Shown: positions 19,230 to 28,968 of the stretch, piece by piece | Numbering within the stretch: the stretch's first letter is position 1 | Layout: each line of letters starts with the position of its first letter | NCBI GenBank assembly: GCA_964462925.1 | Contig: CAYWZU010000003.1 | Location: 22,381-86,380, forward strand | Source: an uncultured bacterium | GTDB lineage: Bacteria; Chlamydiota; Chlamydiia; Chlamydiales; FEN-1388 | DNA length: 64,000 nucleotides | Direction of reading: 5' to 3' | Position numbers and translations under genes: made by a program | Notes under the pieces: generated by a model | The model's input: only the letters and a program-made list of their open reading frames with translations | The model's database searches: none | Told to the model about the DNA's origin: nothing

Positions 19230-21143
19230 TTATAGAGCAGGTGGAACTGGAACGCCTAGTATGGTTGCGCAGCGAAGAGCTACCATATAAGCCGAGTAGC
19301 AGGTATTGCCATTAGGCTCTACTGGAAGAACGCCAATGTCAGCTACCTTAAGATGCGATACGCCAAATACATTAAGCTCGCCATCTACCACGCCATCTGC
19401 TATTGAAGTACCCATGCGTGTTGTCGCAATGATGTGATCTTCAATTTGGAGGGCATCGGGAGTTGTAACGAAGTTAAAGAGCGCTGCATCTCCTGCAGGA
19501 TCAGTTCCAGGAGGATTTGAGAAAAGCGATCCTGGAGGCTGGAACATATTATTTACGCCAACACCTGAAGCAATAAGATTAAGTGCTGTCACGATCTTAT
19601 TAGCATCTGTACCGTTTGTGAGATAATCTCCATCTGAGTACATGTTGAGGTCAATAATTGGCTGTACGAGCGGGTTTCTGCTTACAATGTGCGAGCTGCC
19701 AACGCTTTCTGGCTCAAGAACAAATGTTTGGCAAATTCCTGCAAATGGTGCTCCTATAGGGAAGGGCAGCAGATCGATCTGCACTCTTCTTTCATCATCA
19801 TCTGGATAGGAATAAACCGGATCAAATGTTGGGGAACTTTGGGCTAGATTCCAATATGCTTGGTTAGCAAAGTTTTCAGTTGGCACGCCTGTAATAACTG
19901 TCGTTCCATACTGGTTAATCAAGTTATTGCCAACATTTGAATTAGCGACTACTACATCAATTCCAAGTGGTCCAAGAACTGCTGGATCGCCAATACCAGA
20001 GCGCTCCAAGATAGCTGGGCTGTTGATAGCACCTGCACAGAGGATGATCTCTCTACCATACTCATTATGTACAGTTTGATTACCATCTTTTTCTACAACA
20101 TACTGTACACCAATTGCTCTACCATCTCGTAGAAGAACTTTATTGGCATGTGAATTTGAAGAAACAAAAAGTTTTCTACCATGTCTTCCATATCCATCAT
20201 GTGTTACAACTGAAGCATCAAGAAACTCTCTTCCTGACCAGCTGCGTACACCTGATCGCTCAACGCCTTGCGTACATGCTGGGTTACCAAGTGTAGCAAA
20301 GGCTTGAACAGCTGAGTAGCCAACAAAGTGGTGGCCTGTTGTGCTTACCGCTGTTGCATCGTTGTAATCATCGATAAAGCCCACTGTCGTTACGCTATTG
20401 AGTGCATTAGTAAGTGGATCATTTATTACAGGCGGGTTTTGTGTAATGCTGATTGGACCATTTGAGCCGCGCTCAGCAGAATCAAATGAACCGCATGGAT
20501 TATAGGTCTCAAGTGCTTTCATAAGCGGAAGCATGTTTGAATATGACCAGTCGGAATTACCTGAAATAGCTGCCCAGCTATCATAAATATCAGGTGTGCC
20601 TCTCACAGCTACCATATAGTTGTGGGAAGCCCCTCCACCCCATGGAGTACCTTCAGTATAGGTCGTTGTTTGGAATGGACCAAAAACTTTAATATCATAT
20701 GTTTCTGCATACTGAGGATCATTTGTAACATTCCAAAGAACATCATAAATAGCTGGATCGCTAGGGCTTGCCAGCATTTCAGGGTCATTGTTTCGATTTT
20801 CACCATTTGTGATTACAAGGACGCTCTTATGTTTGTTGTCTGAAAGCTTTCTTGCAAGAATCGAGCCTGCAGCACCAGCTCCAACAACGATATAATCCCA
20901 CACTTTTGGCTTCTTGAAAGAATCCGAGCTTGATGAACTTGAAGATTCTTCAGTTGCTGATGAAGATGATGAAGAAGATGAAGAGCAAGATTTATGCTTT
21001 CTCTCCATGATCTTTGTTTTATTGAGCGGTTTTTTAGCCTCATTTTTTTCCATTTTAACTGCTGCAGCAATAGGAGTTGAAACTGTTGTGAAAGCAAAAA
21101 TTGCGCCCCACATTGTTCCTAAAACTCTAGTTGATACATTCAT
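19230..21143 (-). CDS. Secreted GMC-family FAD oxidoreductase with poly-Ser linker
   Basis: Signal-like N-terminus, then SCSSSSSSSSSATEESSSSSSSDS, then DYIVVGAGAAGSILARKL (FAD GxGxxG) and GGGASHNYMVAVRG (GMC signature 1). Confidence 0.85.
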   Translation of the reverse strand: MNVSTRVLGTMWGAIFAFTTVSTPIAAAVKMEKNEAKKPLNKTKIMERKHKSCSSSSSSSSSATEESSSSSSSDSFKKPKVWDYIVVGAGAAGSILARKLSDNKHKSVLVITNGENRNNDPEMLASPSDPAIYDVLWNVTNDPQYAETYDIKVFGPFQTTTYTEGTPWGGGASHNYMVAVRGTPDIYDSWAAISGNSDWSYSNMLPLMKALETYNPCGSFDSAERGSNGPISITQNPPVINDPLTNALNSVTTVGFIDDYNDATAVSTTGHHFVGYSAVQAFATLGNPACTQGVERSGVRSWSGREFLDASVVTHDGYGRHGRKLFVSSNSHANKVLLRDGRAIGVQYVVEKDGNQTVHNEYGREIILCAGAINSPAILERSGIGDPAVLGPLGIDVVVANSNVGNNLINQYGTTVITGVPTENFANQAYWNLAQSSPTFDPVYSYPDDDERRVQIDLLPFPIGAPFAGICQTFVLEPESVGSSHIVSRNPLVQPIIDLNMYSDGDYLTNGTDANKIVTALNLIASGVGVNNMFQPPGSLFSNPPGTDPAGDAALFNFVTTPDALQIEDHIIATTRMGTSIADGVVDGELNVFGVSHLKVADIGVLPVEPNGNTCYSAYMVALRCATILGVPVPPAL

Positions 21144-21306
21144 GTGTTACTCCATGTTTCAAATTTAAAGTCTGCAAACCTTGCAGAGCCGGAGGATGTG
21201 TATCAAATGGAGGATTTACTTGTCTACTGTTTATAAAAAGATTAAATGACACGAAGGGTTTTTACTTTGATTTTTTATCTTCATGGTGGCACACTATACC
21301 CCACTT

Positions 21307-21393
21307 GGAAGAGTGGCAGAGTGGCCGATTGCGTCTGTCTCGAAAACAGATTCACCTTTGCGGGTGACGGGGGTTCAAATCCCTCCTCTTCCG
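21307..21393 (+). tRNA. tRNA-Ser (anticodon CGA)
   Basis: Same scaffold as the tRNA at 18392, with 6 differences in 87 nt by my count. Anticodon loop CTCGAAA. Confidence 0.9.
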
Positions 21394-21469
21394 ATTTTTT
21401 CCCAAAAAAATTCGACCTTAAGGCATAAGGGTTCAAAGATCTTTGGCAAGATGAGATAAACTAGTCCCT

Positions 21470-24400
21470 ATGAGTATAGAAAAGAGCATAAACACATCGA
21501 TTATCCCGATAAGCCGCATCCAAGCGGTTGGATCTCGGCTTTCTTTTGCGCTCTCTACCCATACTGAAGAAATGGACCGAGTGGTTCATAAAATACTCAG
21601 GGAATGCAAGCTCATTTTTAGAAATGACACAAGCTTTTGGCAAGCTATGCGAAAGCATATTCCGATAGTACATTGGGAGCCTTGCGAATGTGCCCCTGGC
21701 GGCGTTATGGTATACCTTCTTTGCCAGGCTTTAAATAACTACGACCTCTCACATTTTTTTGCCGAAATGATAAGCCGCTGGCTAGTTCCAGGAAAAACAG
21801 CCACCATACTTAGTGCAAAGCACCTCACCTTCAGATTTCAGGAGATGGCAGATGAGAGCTACTTTGTCTCAGAGATATTTGCCTTAGTAGATGATGAGCG
21901 GGCCTTTCAGACAATTCAAAAAAACATGTCAGCACTCGCACAAGAGATTGCCCTCGGGGCAGTTTCTGCACACCATGCTCGACATATCCTCGTCACAAAA
22001 GCCCTTACGCAAGAGCACAAAACAACTCTTATTCATAAAACTATTGTAGAACTCTCGACAAGGCGCTTTCGCCCAATAGGTCCTGAAGTTTTCTTCGAAA
22101 TGCACTACTTTCTGCTTGCCTCAGATGACGAATTTAAGAGGATACGCGACGTTCGCCATATGTGCCGCATCATCTGTTATCACAACTGGTTCAGAAGAAT
22201 GCTTAGAAGAACAAGTGACTCAGACATTCGCCAGATCATGGTAAAGTCGCTGAAAGCTACCTTGAAGTTTCAATTTGGCGAAAAAAATGTACTCGGCCTT
22301 GTGATTGCAATGAGCTACCTAAACGAATATGAGCAGTTTGAATCTCGCCATATTGCCTCTGCTTGCCAAAGGCTTATCCCAGGTTGCGCAATCGTTCCCA
22401 GATCATACTTTAACTACCAAAATCCATCCGACCCTATTCAATCTTTTTATGTTGAAGTTGAAAAGCGAGATGGCGGTGAAATCACCTATAAGGATATCGC
22501 CCTTCTTCGAGATGGTCTTGTCGATGAAATTCCGCATTGTATTGAGCAGCTTTCACATACTCTCTTTATTCCGCAAAATGAAGAGGAAATCATGCGAAAT
22601 ATCATGCTGCTTAGCCAGGAAATCAGATACGTTCGCGATATTCCTCAAATGATTATTGCCTTTCAAGGGCAGTCTGATACTACACTTCGCTTTTTAGTAA
22701 CACTCGTAAGACTTTGCAAAGAGCGAGAGTCCCCCTCTGTTGAGTTTGAATTCGAGAAGGTAAAAAATCTCGTTGATTTTGTTTCAAGATCGCGAAAAGT
22801 TGTTGGCCACGTGCGAAATCGCTATCCAAAAGAGGCAAACACATTCCTTCTAGAGTGTGCAAAGGGCCCCTTTATGCGCTCTGACCACTCTGTCGATTTG
22901 AGCCGCGCGAGAGAATTTATCTCTGCTGCAATCCGAAAAGCCCTCGGCGAAGTTAGGGATTTTAATGGCGGCCTTATGTCGCAGCAGAACCAGCTGCTTG
23001 TAGGATTAAAAGAGCTCCTTACTCAGGAAGAAAAGAAAGAGGAAATCCACCTAGAAAATCTCTTCCACAGCGTGCAGCCTGTGCTTATGAGAAGCCTTCT
23101 GCCCCCAGAGCACATTAAACAGCTCTTTGACCTCTTCCTGATTCTTCACAATGAAACAAAAGAGGGCGGAGCCCCTTCCTATAGAGTTGCACGCCAAGAA
23201 AATTCACTCTCTGTGATGCTTTCAGCGCAAGATCCTTCGATATTCGATGAGATGCAAAAGCATATTATAAAGCTCGATTTCAAAGATTCTGAACTTGCTA
23301 CTTGCCGGCTTGCATCTGATGGGCTCTTTTATGGCGGCTACATCATAATAAATTGCGAAGCGGAGAAAATGTCCTTATTTAAAGAAGCACTTGATGAAAC
23401 GATTGCAAACTTTAGCAAAGCAAAGATTGCATCTCAGACACTTCGTATAAGTCTTCCAAGGCCTACCTCGCTCTTAGATCCGCGAATCGGTACAGATAGA
23501 ACTTCTGGAATCGTCATAAAAATGCTCTATGAGGGCCTAATGAGAATTGACCCTTCAGGAAAGCCCTCTTGCGCTGTCTGCGAGCATGTAGACATTTCTG
23601 AAGATCAAAAAACCTATATTTTCCATTTCAGAAAAACATTCTGGACAAATGGCACGCCTGTTACTGCCTACGACTTTGAATATGCCTGGAAGAAGGTCCT
23701 AGATCCGCAATTTAAAACGCCTTTTGCCTACCTCTTCTATCCAATAAAGAATGCAGAACGCATAAAGACACAAAATCTTCCTGTCGAGGAGTTTGGCGTC
23801 TATGCAAGAGATGACTATACTCTTGAAGTGCAGCTTGAGCATCCAACTCCGCACTTTTTAGAACTTGCAGCCCACTGGATCTACTCGCCGCTTTGTAAAG
23901 AGGTAGATCAGCTCCATCCAGGCTGGGCCTACTATGGAGATGATACCTACGTATCAAATGGACCATTTAGACTAACTAAATGGCGAAGAAATGCTGAGAT
24001 CCAAGTAGTAAAAAATCCACTTTATTGGGATTCAGAAACAGTCAGCATCAACCAGATCGATATCTCTATTGTTGAAGACCCTGAACGTGCACTTGCACTC
24101 TATAAAAAAGGCGAGCTTGACTGGATCGGAGAGCCGCTTTCAGAAATTCCGCCAGAGGCCTTTACAATTTCAGAATATGACAAAAAAATTGTCTCTCACC
24201 CTATCGCGGCGCTGCACTGGTATGCGCTCAACATAAACAGGCCGCCTTTCACATCGAAAAAATGCAGAAAGGCACTTGCTATTGCACTCAATCGTCAGAC
24301 AATCCTCGATACGATCTTTTCTGGACGCGAGAAGTGCGCCTACAGCATCATTCCTCCAGGCCTCTCGCAGCACGATAGACCCTACTTTACCGATGGTGCA

Positions 24401-24955
24401 GCCGAAGAAGCAAAGCGGCTTTTTGAAGAAGGCTTGGAAGAGCTTGGCCTCACAATAAAAAATCTTCCCCCCTTTACGATTACCTGCTCTGACCAGGAGA
24501 TTCACCACTCTATTGCTGAAGTTGTAGCAAAACAGTGGAAAGAAGTACTTGGCATCGACGTGCAGATAGAATCTCATAAGTGGGACCGTTTCATGGAGAT
24601 GTGGTGTGGAAAGAATGAAGCGCAAATTATAGCAATGACCTGGTACTGCTACATTTATGACCCTTCCTATATTCTTGACCAGCTCACAAGCGTCTCTCAT
24701 GAGATGAACTTCTCCCAGTGGCATAATGACACCTACACAGATTATATAGAGCAGGCAAAGCACTGCATCGATACGAAAAAACGTCTCGAGCTTCTTCATA
24801 ATGCGGAAAGTCTTGTAATGGAAGAGCTTCCGATCATTCCGCTCTTTTATTATACCTTTAAGTACATGAAAAAAGAGTACTTGGATAATATCTACCTATC
24901 ACACTTAGGCCAGATAGACTTTAAGTGGGGGAAAATTAACCAGAAATTAACTTAG
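21470..24955 (+). CDS. Unknown ~645-aa N-terminal region fused to an OppA-type (family 5) solute-binding domain
   Basis: From about residue 650 it aligns by eye with the downstream OppA (LYEGLMRIDPSGKP / LFEGLMRIDGQGRP; AYDFEYAWKK / AHDFEYSWLS). The N-terminal region has no signal peptide and no known motif. Confidence 0.8.
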   Translation: MSIEKSINTSIIPISRIQAVGSRLSFALSTHTEEMDRVVHKILRECKLIFRNDTSFWQAMRKHIPIVHWEPCECAPGGVMVYLLCQALNNYDLSHFFAEMISRWLVPGKTATILSAKHLTFRFQEMADESYFVSEIFALVDDERAFQTIQKNMSALAQEIALGAVSAHHARHILVTKALTQEHKTTLIHKTIVELSTRRFRPIGPEVFFEMHYFLLASDDEFKRIRDVRHMCRIICYHNWFRRMLRRTSDSDIRQIMVKSLKATLKFQFGEKNVLGLVIAMSYLNEYEQFESRHIASACQRLIPGCAIVPRSYFNYQNPSDPIQSFYVEVEKRDGGEITYKDIALLRDGLVDEIPHCIEQLSHTLFIPQNEEEIMRNIMLLSQEIRYVRDIPQMIIAFQGQSDTTLRFLVTLVRLCKERESPSVEFEFEKVKNLVDFVSRSRKVVGHVRNRYPKEANTFLLECAKGPFMRSDHSVDLSRAREFISAAIRKALGEVRDFNGGLMSQQNQLLVGLKELLTQEEKKEEIHLENLFHSVQPVLMRSLLPPEHIKQLFDLFLILHNETKEGGAPSYRVARQENSLSVMLSAQDPSIFDEMQKHIIKLDFKDSELATCRLASDGLFYGGYIIINCEAEKMSLFKEALDETIANFSKAKIASQTLRISLPRPTSLLDPRIGTDRTSGIVIKMLYEGLMRIDPSGKPSCAVCEHVDISEDQKTYIFHFRKTFWTNGTPVTAYDFEYAWKKVLDPQFKTPFAYLFYPIKNAERIKTQNLPVEEFGVYARDDYTLEVQLEHPTPHFLELAAHWIYSPLCKEVDQLHPGWAYYGDDTYVSNGPFRLTKWRRNAEIQVVKNPLYWDSETVSINQIDISIVEDPERALALYKKGELDWIGEPLSEIPPEAFTISEYDKKIVSHPIAALHWYALNINRPPFTSKKCRKALAIALNRQTILDTIFSGREKCAYSIIPPGLSQHDRPYFTDGAAEEAKRLFEEGLEELGLTIKNLPPFTITCSDQEIHHSIAEVVAKQWKEVLGIDVQIESHKWDRFMEMWCGKNEAQIIAMTWYCYIYDPSYILDQLTSVSHEMNFSQWHNDTYTDYIEQAKHCIDTKKRLELLHNAESLVMEELPIIPLFYYTFKYMKKEYLDNIYLSHLGQIDFKWGKINQKLT

Positions 24956-24973
24956 GTTACTAGTGGGGGCACT

Positions 24974-26599
24974 ATGTCAATTGCAAAAACGTGGGTTATG
25001 GGAGCAGTGCTGCTTGCCATAGCAACAGGCTGCAGCAAGCCAGATGAGAGAAAACCAGAAACAAAGCAGGAAAAAACTGTACGGCTCTATCTGCAGAGCG
25101 AGCCCTATTCTATGGATCCTCGAATAGCCGGAAACCGCTTTTCACAAGTGGTACTTCGCGAACTTTTTGAAGGTCTGATGAGAATAGATGGTCAAGGAAG
25201 ACCTGCTAATGCTGTAGCAAAGAGCTACGAAATCTCTGAAGATAAATGCACATACACCTTTCACCTTCGGCCGGCACTCTGGTCAAACGGCATGCAAATT
25301 ACTGCACATGACTTTGAGTATTCATGGCTAAGCAACCTCAAACCAGATTCTCCTACAGCATATTCTTATGCCTTCTACTGCATCAAAAATGCACGAGCAG
25401 CCCATACAGGCGAAATGAAGCTTGAAGAAGTAGGAATTAAGGCAGTAGACTCTGATACGCTTGTTGTACAGCTTGAACACCCTGCTCCTTACTTTATAGA
25501 ACTTACATCAAACCCGCTCTACTCCCCTGTCTGCAAGGCGGTAGTTGAAAACAATCCAAATTGGCACAACGAAGTTGGCGACAATTTTATCTGCAACGGC
25601 CCATTTGCGCTTCAAGACTGGAAGCATCGCTCAGAGCTTACCTTGAAAAAGAATGAAAAGTATTGGGATAACCAAGCTGTAACAGTAGCTCGCCTTCACT
25701 TTCCAATTATCGAAGATCCACTTACTGCACTTAACATGTATGAAACTGGAGAGCTTGACTGGGTAGGAGATCCACTTGGGACGCTTCCTCTCGAAGCTAT
25801 TGCCCGTCTTCGTGAAAAGAAAAGCCTTGTTACAAGACATACCGGCAATGTTACCTGGCTTGAAGTAAACGTACAAAACCCACTTCTTGGTTCAAAAGAT
25901 GTGAGAAAGGCACTCGCTATGGCTATAAACCGCCATGATCTCGTAGAGCACCTTCTTCAGTGCGATGAGCGCCCAGCATTTACATGCCTGCCAGAAACGC
26001 TTACCTTTATGAACGAGCCCTACTTTAGTGATAATGATGCAGCAACCGCAAAGTCCCTTTTTGACAAAGCAGTTGCAGAACTAAATCTCGCAAAAGACGA
26101 AGTTCCTACCATCTTTCTTTCCCACTCATCAGATCCTCGCGATAAATCTATTTGCGAAGCGATCCAGCAGCAGTGGCAGAAGGTTCTTGGCTGCAACGTT
26201 GTCCTAAGCCCAGCAGATTGGAACGCGCACCTAACCCGCGTTGCAGCTGGCGACTTTGATGTGGCAAGCCTTACCTGGTATACCTTCTACCATGATCCAA
26301 TTTACAACCTCGAAGCATTCAAGTATGCAACAGGATACAATGGCACTCACTGGGAACATCCACACTTTATTGAACTGCTCAATAAATCTGATGCTGAGCC
26401 AAATGAAGCTATGCGTGATCAGTATCTTGCTCAGGCGGAAAAGTTCATTATTAGCGAAATGCCAATAATCCCTATCTGCCACAACACCTTTAAGTTCTGC
26501 AAAAACCAGCAGATATACGGCGAGACACTCTCACCTATCGGTATGTTCGAACTTAAAAATGTAGATGTTGACTCAAGACTGATCTTGGTCAATAAGTAA
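24974..26599 (+). CDS. oppA: Oligopeptide-binding lipoprotein OppA (SBP family 5)
   Basis: Lipobox LLAIATGCS. The family 5 SBP pattern runs throughout the protein. Confidence 0.85.
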   Translation: MSIAKTWVMGAVLLAIATGCSKPDERKPETKQEKTVRLYLQSEPYSMDPRIAGNRFSQVVLRELFEGLMRIDGQGRPANAVAKSYEISEDKCTYTFHLRPALWSNGMQITAHDFEYSWLSNLKPDSPTAYSYAFYCIKNARAAHTGEMKLEEVGIKAVDSDTLVVQLEHPAPYFIELTSNPLYSPVCKAVVENNPNWHNEVGDNFICNGPFALQDWKHRSELTLKKNEKYWDNQAVTVARLHFPIIEDPLTALNMYETGELDWVGDPLGTLPLEAIARLREKKSLVTRHTGNVTWLEVNVQNPLLGSKDVRKALAMAINRHDLVEHLLQCDERPAFTCLPETLTFMNEPYFSDNDAATAKSLFDKAVAELNLAKDEVPTIFLSHSSDPRDKSICEAIQQQWQKVLGCNVVLSPADWNAHLTRVAAGDFDVASLTWYTFYHDPIYNLEAFKYATGYNGTHWEHPHFIELLNKSDAEPNEAMRDQYLAQAEKFIISEMPIIPICHNTFKFCKNQQIYGETLSPIGMFELKNVDVDSRLILVNK

Positions 26600-26608
26600 G
26601 TCCCCCCA

Positions 26609-26640
26609 AAAGCCCAAGGCTTGCCTTGGGCTTTTCTCTT
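26609..26640 (+). terminator. Rho-independent terminator after oppA
   Basis: AGCCCAAGG-cttg-CCTTGGGCT followed by TTTCTCTT. Confidence 0.7.
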
Positions 26641-26725
26641 GCCCTTGCCTTTGCCCTTTACCCTTGCAACAAATAAATTTTTATCTTATATCAGGCCTAA
26701 CGATTAAAAAAATGGAGGCCCTTAT

Positions 26726-27292
26726 ATGATGGCAAATCGTGGTTATAGTACCTATTTTAGGGAAACAGAAAATGTCCGCAAAAATTGGGGATGGTTTTTT
26801 GCTCTTGGATTAGTTTTGATAGCGCTTGGAGCATATGTAATAAATTTTGCATTTGCTGCTACGCTATTTTCAACATTTTTCTTTGGCGCACTTCTAATTG
26901 GTGCAGGCGTTGTGCAAGTTGTACAAGCTTTTATGGCAAGTAAGTGGAGCGGACTCTTTTTATCGCTCATACTCGGTATTTTGTATATCGTAACTGGTGC
27001 GATATGCATGATGCATCCAGCAGAAGCTGCAATAAATATTACATTGCTTCTAGCAGCTTTTTTCTTTGTATCTGGTCTTTTTAAGATGATTGGCTCGCTC
27101 ATTATGCAATTTGAGCACTGGGGCTGGGTTTTCTTCAACGGCCTTGTTACCTTTATCCTAGGCATCCTGATCTTCCAGCAATGGCCAGTTGCAGGTCTTT
27201 GGATTATCGGCCTTTTTGTAGGTATCGATATGGTCCTTTCAGGCTGGTCCTGGATTCTTCTTTCTCTTGTAGCCCGCAAGGCGCTTAAGTAA
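26726..27292 (+). CDS. HdeD/DUF308 family membrane protein
   Basis: Six hydrophobic helices. N-terminus NVRKNWGWFFALGLVLIALG is typical of DUF308 repeats. Confidence 0.7.
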   Translation: MMANRGYSTYFRETENVRKNWGWFFALGLVLIALGAYVINFAFAATLFSTFFFGALLIGAGVVQVVQAFMASKWSGLFLSLILGILYIVTGAICMMHPAEAAINITLLLAAFFFVSGLFKMIGSLIMQFEHWGWVFFNGLVTFILGILIFQQWPVAGLWIIGLFVGIDMVLSGWSWILLSLVARKALK

Positions 27293-27298
27293 AAACAA

Positions 27299-27324
27299 AT
27301 GCCCAGGCCTTAAAGCCTGGGCAT
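27299..27324 (+). terminator. Hairpin after the hdeD-like gene
   Basis: ATGCCCAGGC-cttaaa-GCCTGGGCAT. No clear T-tract on the + strand. Confidence 0.4.
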
Positions 27325-27483
27325 CGCAGCACTTTCCTGAACTCAAATTTTCAATAGTTTCCTTATAGAATCGAGCGACAAGTTGCCTTTACTCCCCCTC
27401 CTCTACGAAAAATGGAGCTGGTAAAAATGAGTCAGGCCTCGAGTAGCAAGCTTTCCATTCTCAAGACATGAAAAAACAGTGCT

Positions 27484-27717
27484 GTGGAATCAGAACTTGA
27501 TAAAATGGCATTTAATGTCGGCAATGGACGAAATTTCGCCGGCATCCATTATCGCGCTGACTGTGATCAGGGGATATGCCTGGGAGAACAGGTTGCAATC
27601 AAGTTTTTGCAAGACCATGCTGCTACTTTGACAGAGCAGACTTTTACTGGTTTTGAACTTACTACGGTAGATGGTGTCCGCATTAAAATAACGGCAGCTC
27701 GTGTCGTGGCCCTATAG
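27484..27717 (+). pseudogene. C-terminal fragment of a PAP2/vanadium-haloperoxidase-like protein
   Basis: Only 77 codons. NVGNGRNFAGIHYRADCDQGICLGEQVAIKFL resembles the last conserved block (GxHxxxD) of proteins that are normally several hundred aa long. No matching N-terminal coding sequence upstream. Confidence 0.45.
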
Positions 27718-27735
27718 TGGCCACGCGAGAGCTTT

Positions 27736-27921
27736 CTATTTAGGACAAGATGATTTACCGAGAAAATGGTATATAACGCACCAGCTAAAAGCTGACTCGA
27801 AAAGACAAAAGAGGCCAAGTAGTGCAAGCAATATACTTTCGACTCTGAAGGCAATCAGCAAGAGCGTGATACCCATCAGAGCTCTTGCTATTCGATCACG
27901 AGTTCCAATATTTTTTCTCAT
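27736..27921 (-). CDS. DUF2892 (YgaP-like) small membrane protein
   Basis: MRKNIGTRDRIARALMGITLLL...SWCVIYHFLG matches the NxGxxDRxxR...CPxY pattern of DUF2892. Confidence 0.6.
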   Translation of the reverse strand: MRKNIGTRDRIARALMGITLLLIAFRVESILLALLGLFCLFESAFSWCVIYHFLGKSSCPK

Positions 27922-27941
27922 ATATGCGATATGAACAGAAA

Positions 27942-28937
27942 TTATCCTGTAGCCTCGGCGACTGCTTGGGGGATTTTTTCACTGTAGCGGCCGATGGTGC
28001 GGAATTTTGCGTAGCGCTTTTCGAGAAGAAGTTCTGGGGAGATACGGCGCAAAATGCCATGCTGTTCCACTATAAATTTCTTTACTGAGTCATAGACTTG
28101 TTCTTTATTATGATGAGCGCCGCCAAGTGGCTCTGGTAGCACTTCGTCAACGATTCCAGCTTCGACGAGATGCTCTGCGTTAAGCTTAAGCGCTGCTGCT
28201 GCTTCTTGTTTTTTGCCTGCATCTTTCCAGAGAATTGAAGCGCACCCTTCTGGACTGATTACGGAATAGTAGCTATGTTCTAGCATTCCAATGACATCGC
28301 CAACACCCATGCCAAGCGCACCGCCTGAGCAGCCCTCGCCAATAATAAGGACGATGATTGGTGTAGCCAGTTGTGACATCTCTTGAAGATTTTTTGCAAT
28401 CACCCAGCCTTGGCCTCTCTGTTCTGCTTCAAGTCCTGGATAGGCACCTGGTGTATCGAGAAGTGATACGATAGGCAAATTATATTTTTCAGCGAGCTTC
28501 ATAAGGCGCATCGCCTTTCTAAAACCTTCTGGGTTTACCATGCCAAAGTTTCGCTTAACGCGAGATTCTGTATCGCCGCCCTTTTCCTGGCCGACGAGCA
28601 TGCATTTTACACCATCGATGGTGGCAAAACCGCCAATAATCGAAGGATCATCGCCTTGCGTACGATCGCCAAAGAGTTCTACGAAGTTTTCTGCAATATT
28701 TTTTACGTAATCGATAGTATGAGGACGCTCTGGATGGCGCGAAATAAGCACGCGCTCCCAAGGGCTGAGCTGGCTATAAATTTTTGTTTGCAGGTTGTGC
28801 AGCTTGTCTTCGAGCTGCCTAATTTCATTACAAAAGAGTGGATTATCTTGGTTTTGTTTCTTCAGATGATCAATAGTCTTCAAATATTCGAAAATCTGCT
28901 TTTCGTGAGGAAGATAAAAACTCATTTCTTTTGTCAT
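27942..28937 (-). CDS. accA: Acetyl-CoA carboxylase carboxyltransferase alpha subunit
   Basis: [46 protein letters not shown] and [11 protein letters not shown] are classic AccA blocks. Confidence 0.9.
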   Translation of the reverse strand: MTKEMSFYLPHEKQIFEYLKTIDHLKKQNQDNPLFCNEIRQLEDKLHNLQTKIYSQLSPWERVLISRHPERPHTIDYVKNIAENFVELFGDRTQGDDPSIIGGFATIDGVKCMLVGQEKGGDTESRVKRNFGMVNPEGFRKAMRLMKLAEKYNLPIVSLLDTPGAYPGLEAEQRGQGWVIAKNLQEMSQLATPIIVLIIGEGCSGGALGMGVGDVIGMLEHSYYSVISPEGCASILWKDAGKKQEAAAALKLNAEHLVEAGIVDEVLPEPLGGAHHNKEQVYDSVKKFIVEQHGILRRISPELLLEKRYAKFRTIGRYSEKIPQAVAEATG

Positions 28938-28968
28938 AATTTAGCCTCATTCAAATTTAGGTAATATA

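Noticed and set aside
20813-21168. ORFs in alternative frames over the poly-Ser region of the GMC oxidoreductase
   Set aside because: These are low-complexity shadow frames produced by the repetitive Ser/Glu/Asp codons.
24170-24799. 209-aa minus-strand ORF
   Set aside because: It is antisense to the OppA-like domain of 21470-24955.
26752-27279. 175-aa minus-strand ORF
   Set aside because: It is entirely antisense to the HdeD/DUF308 membrane protein. Its Arg/Pro/Lys-rich composition is typical of the reverse frame of a hydrophobic gene.
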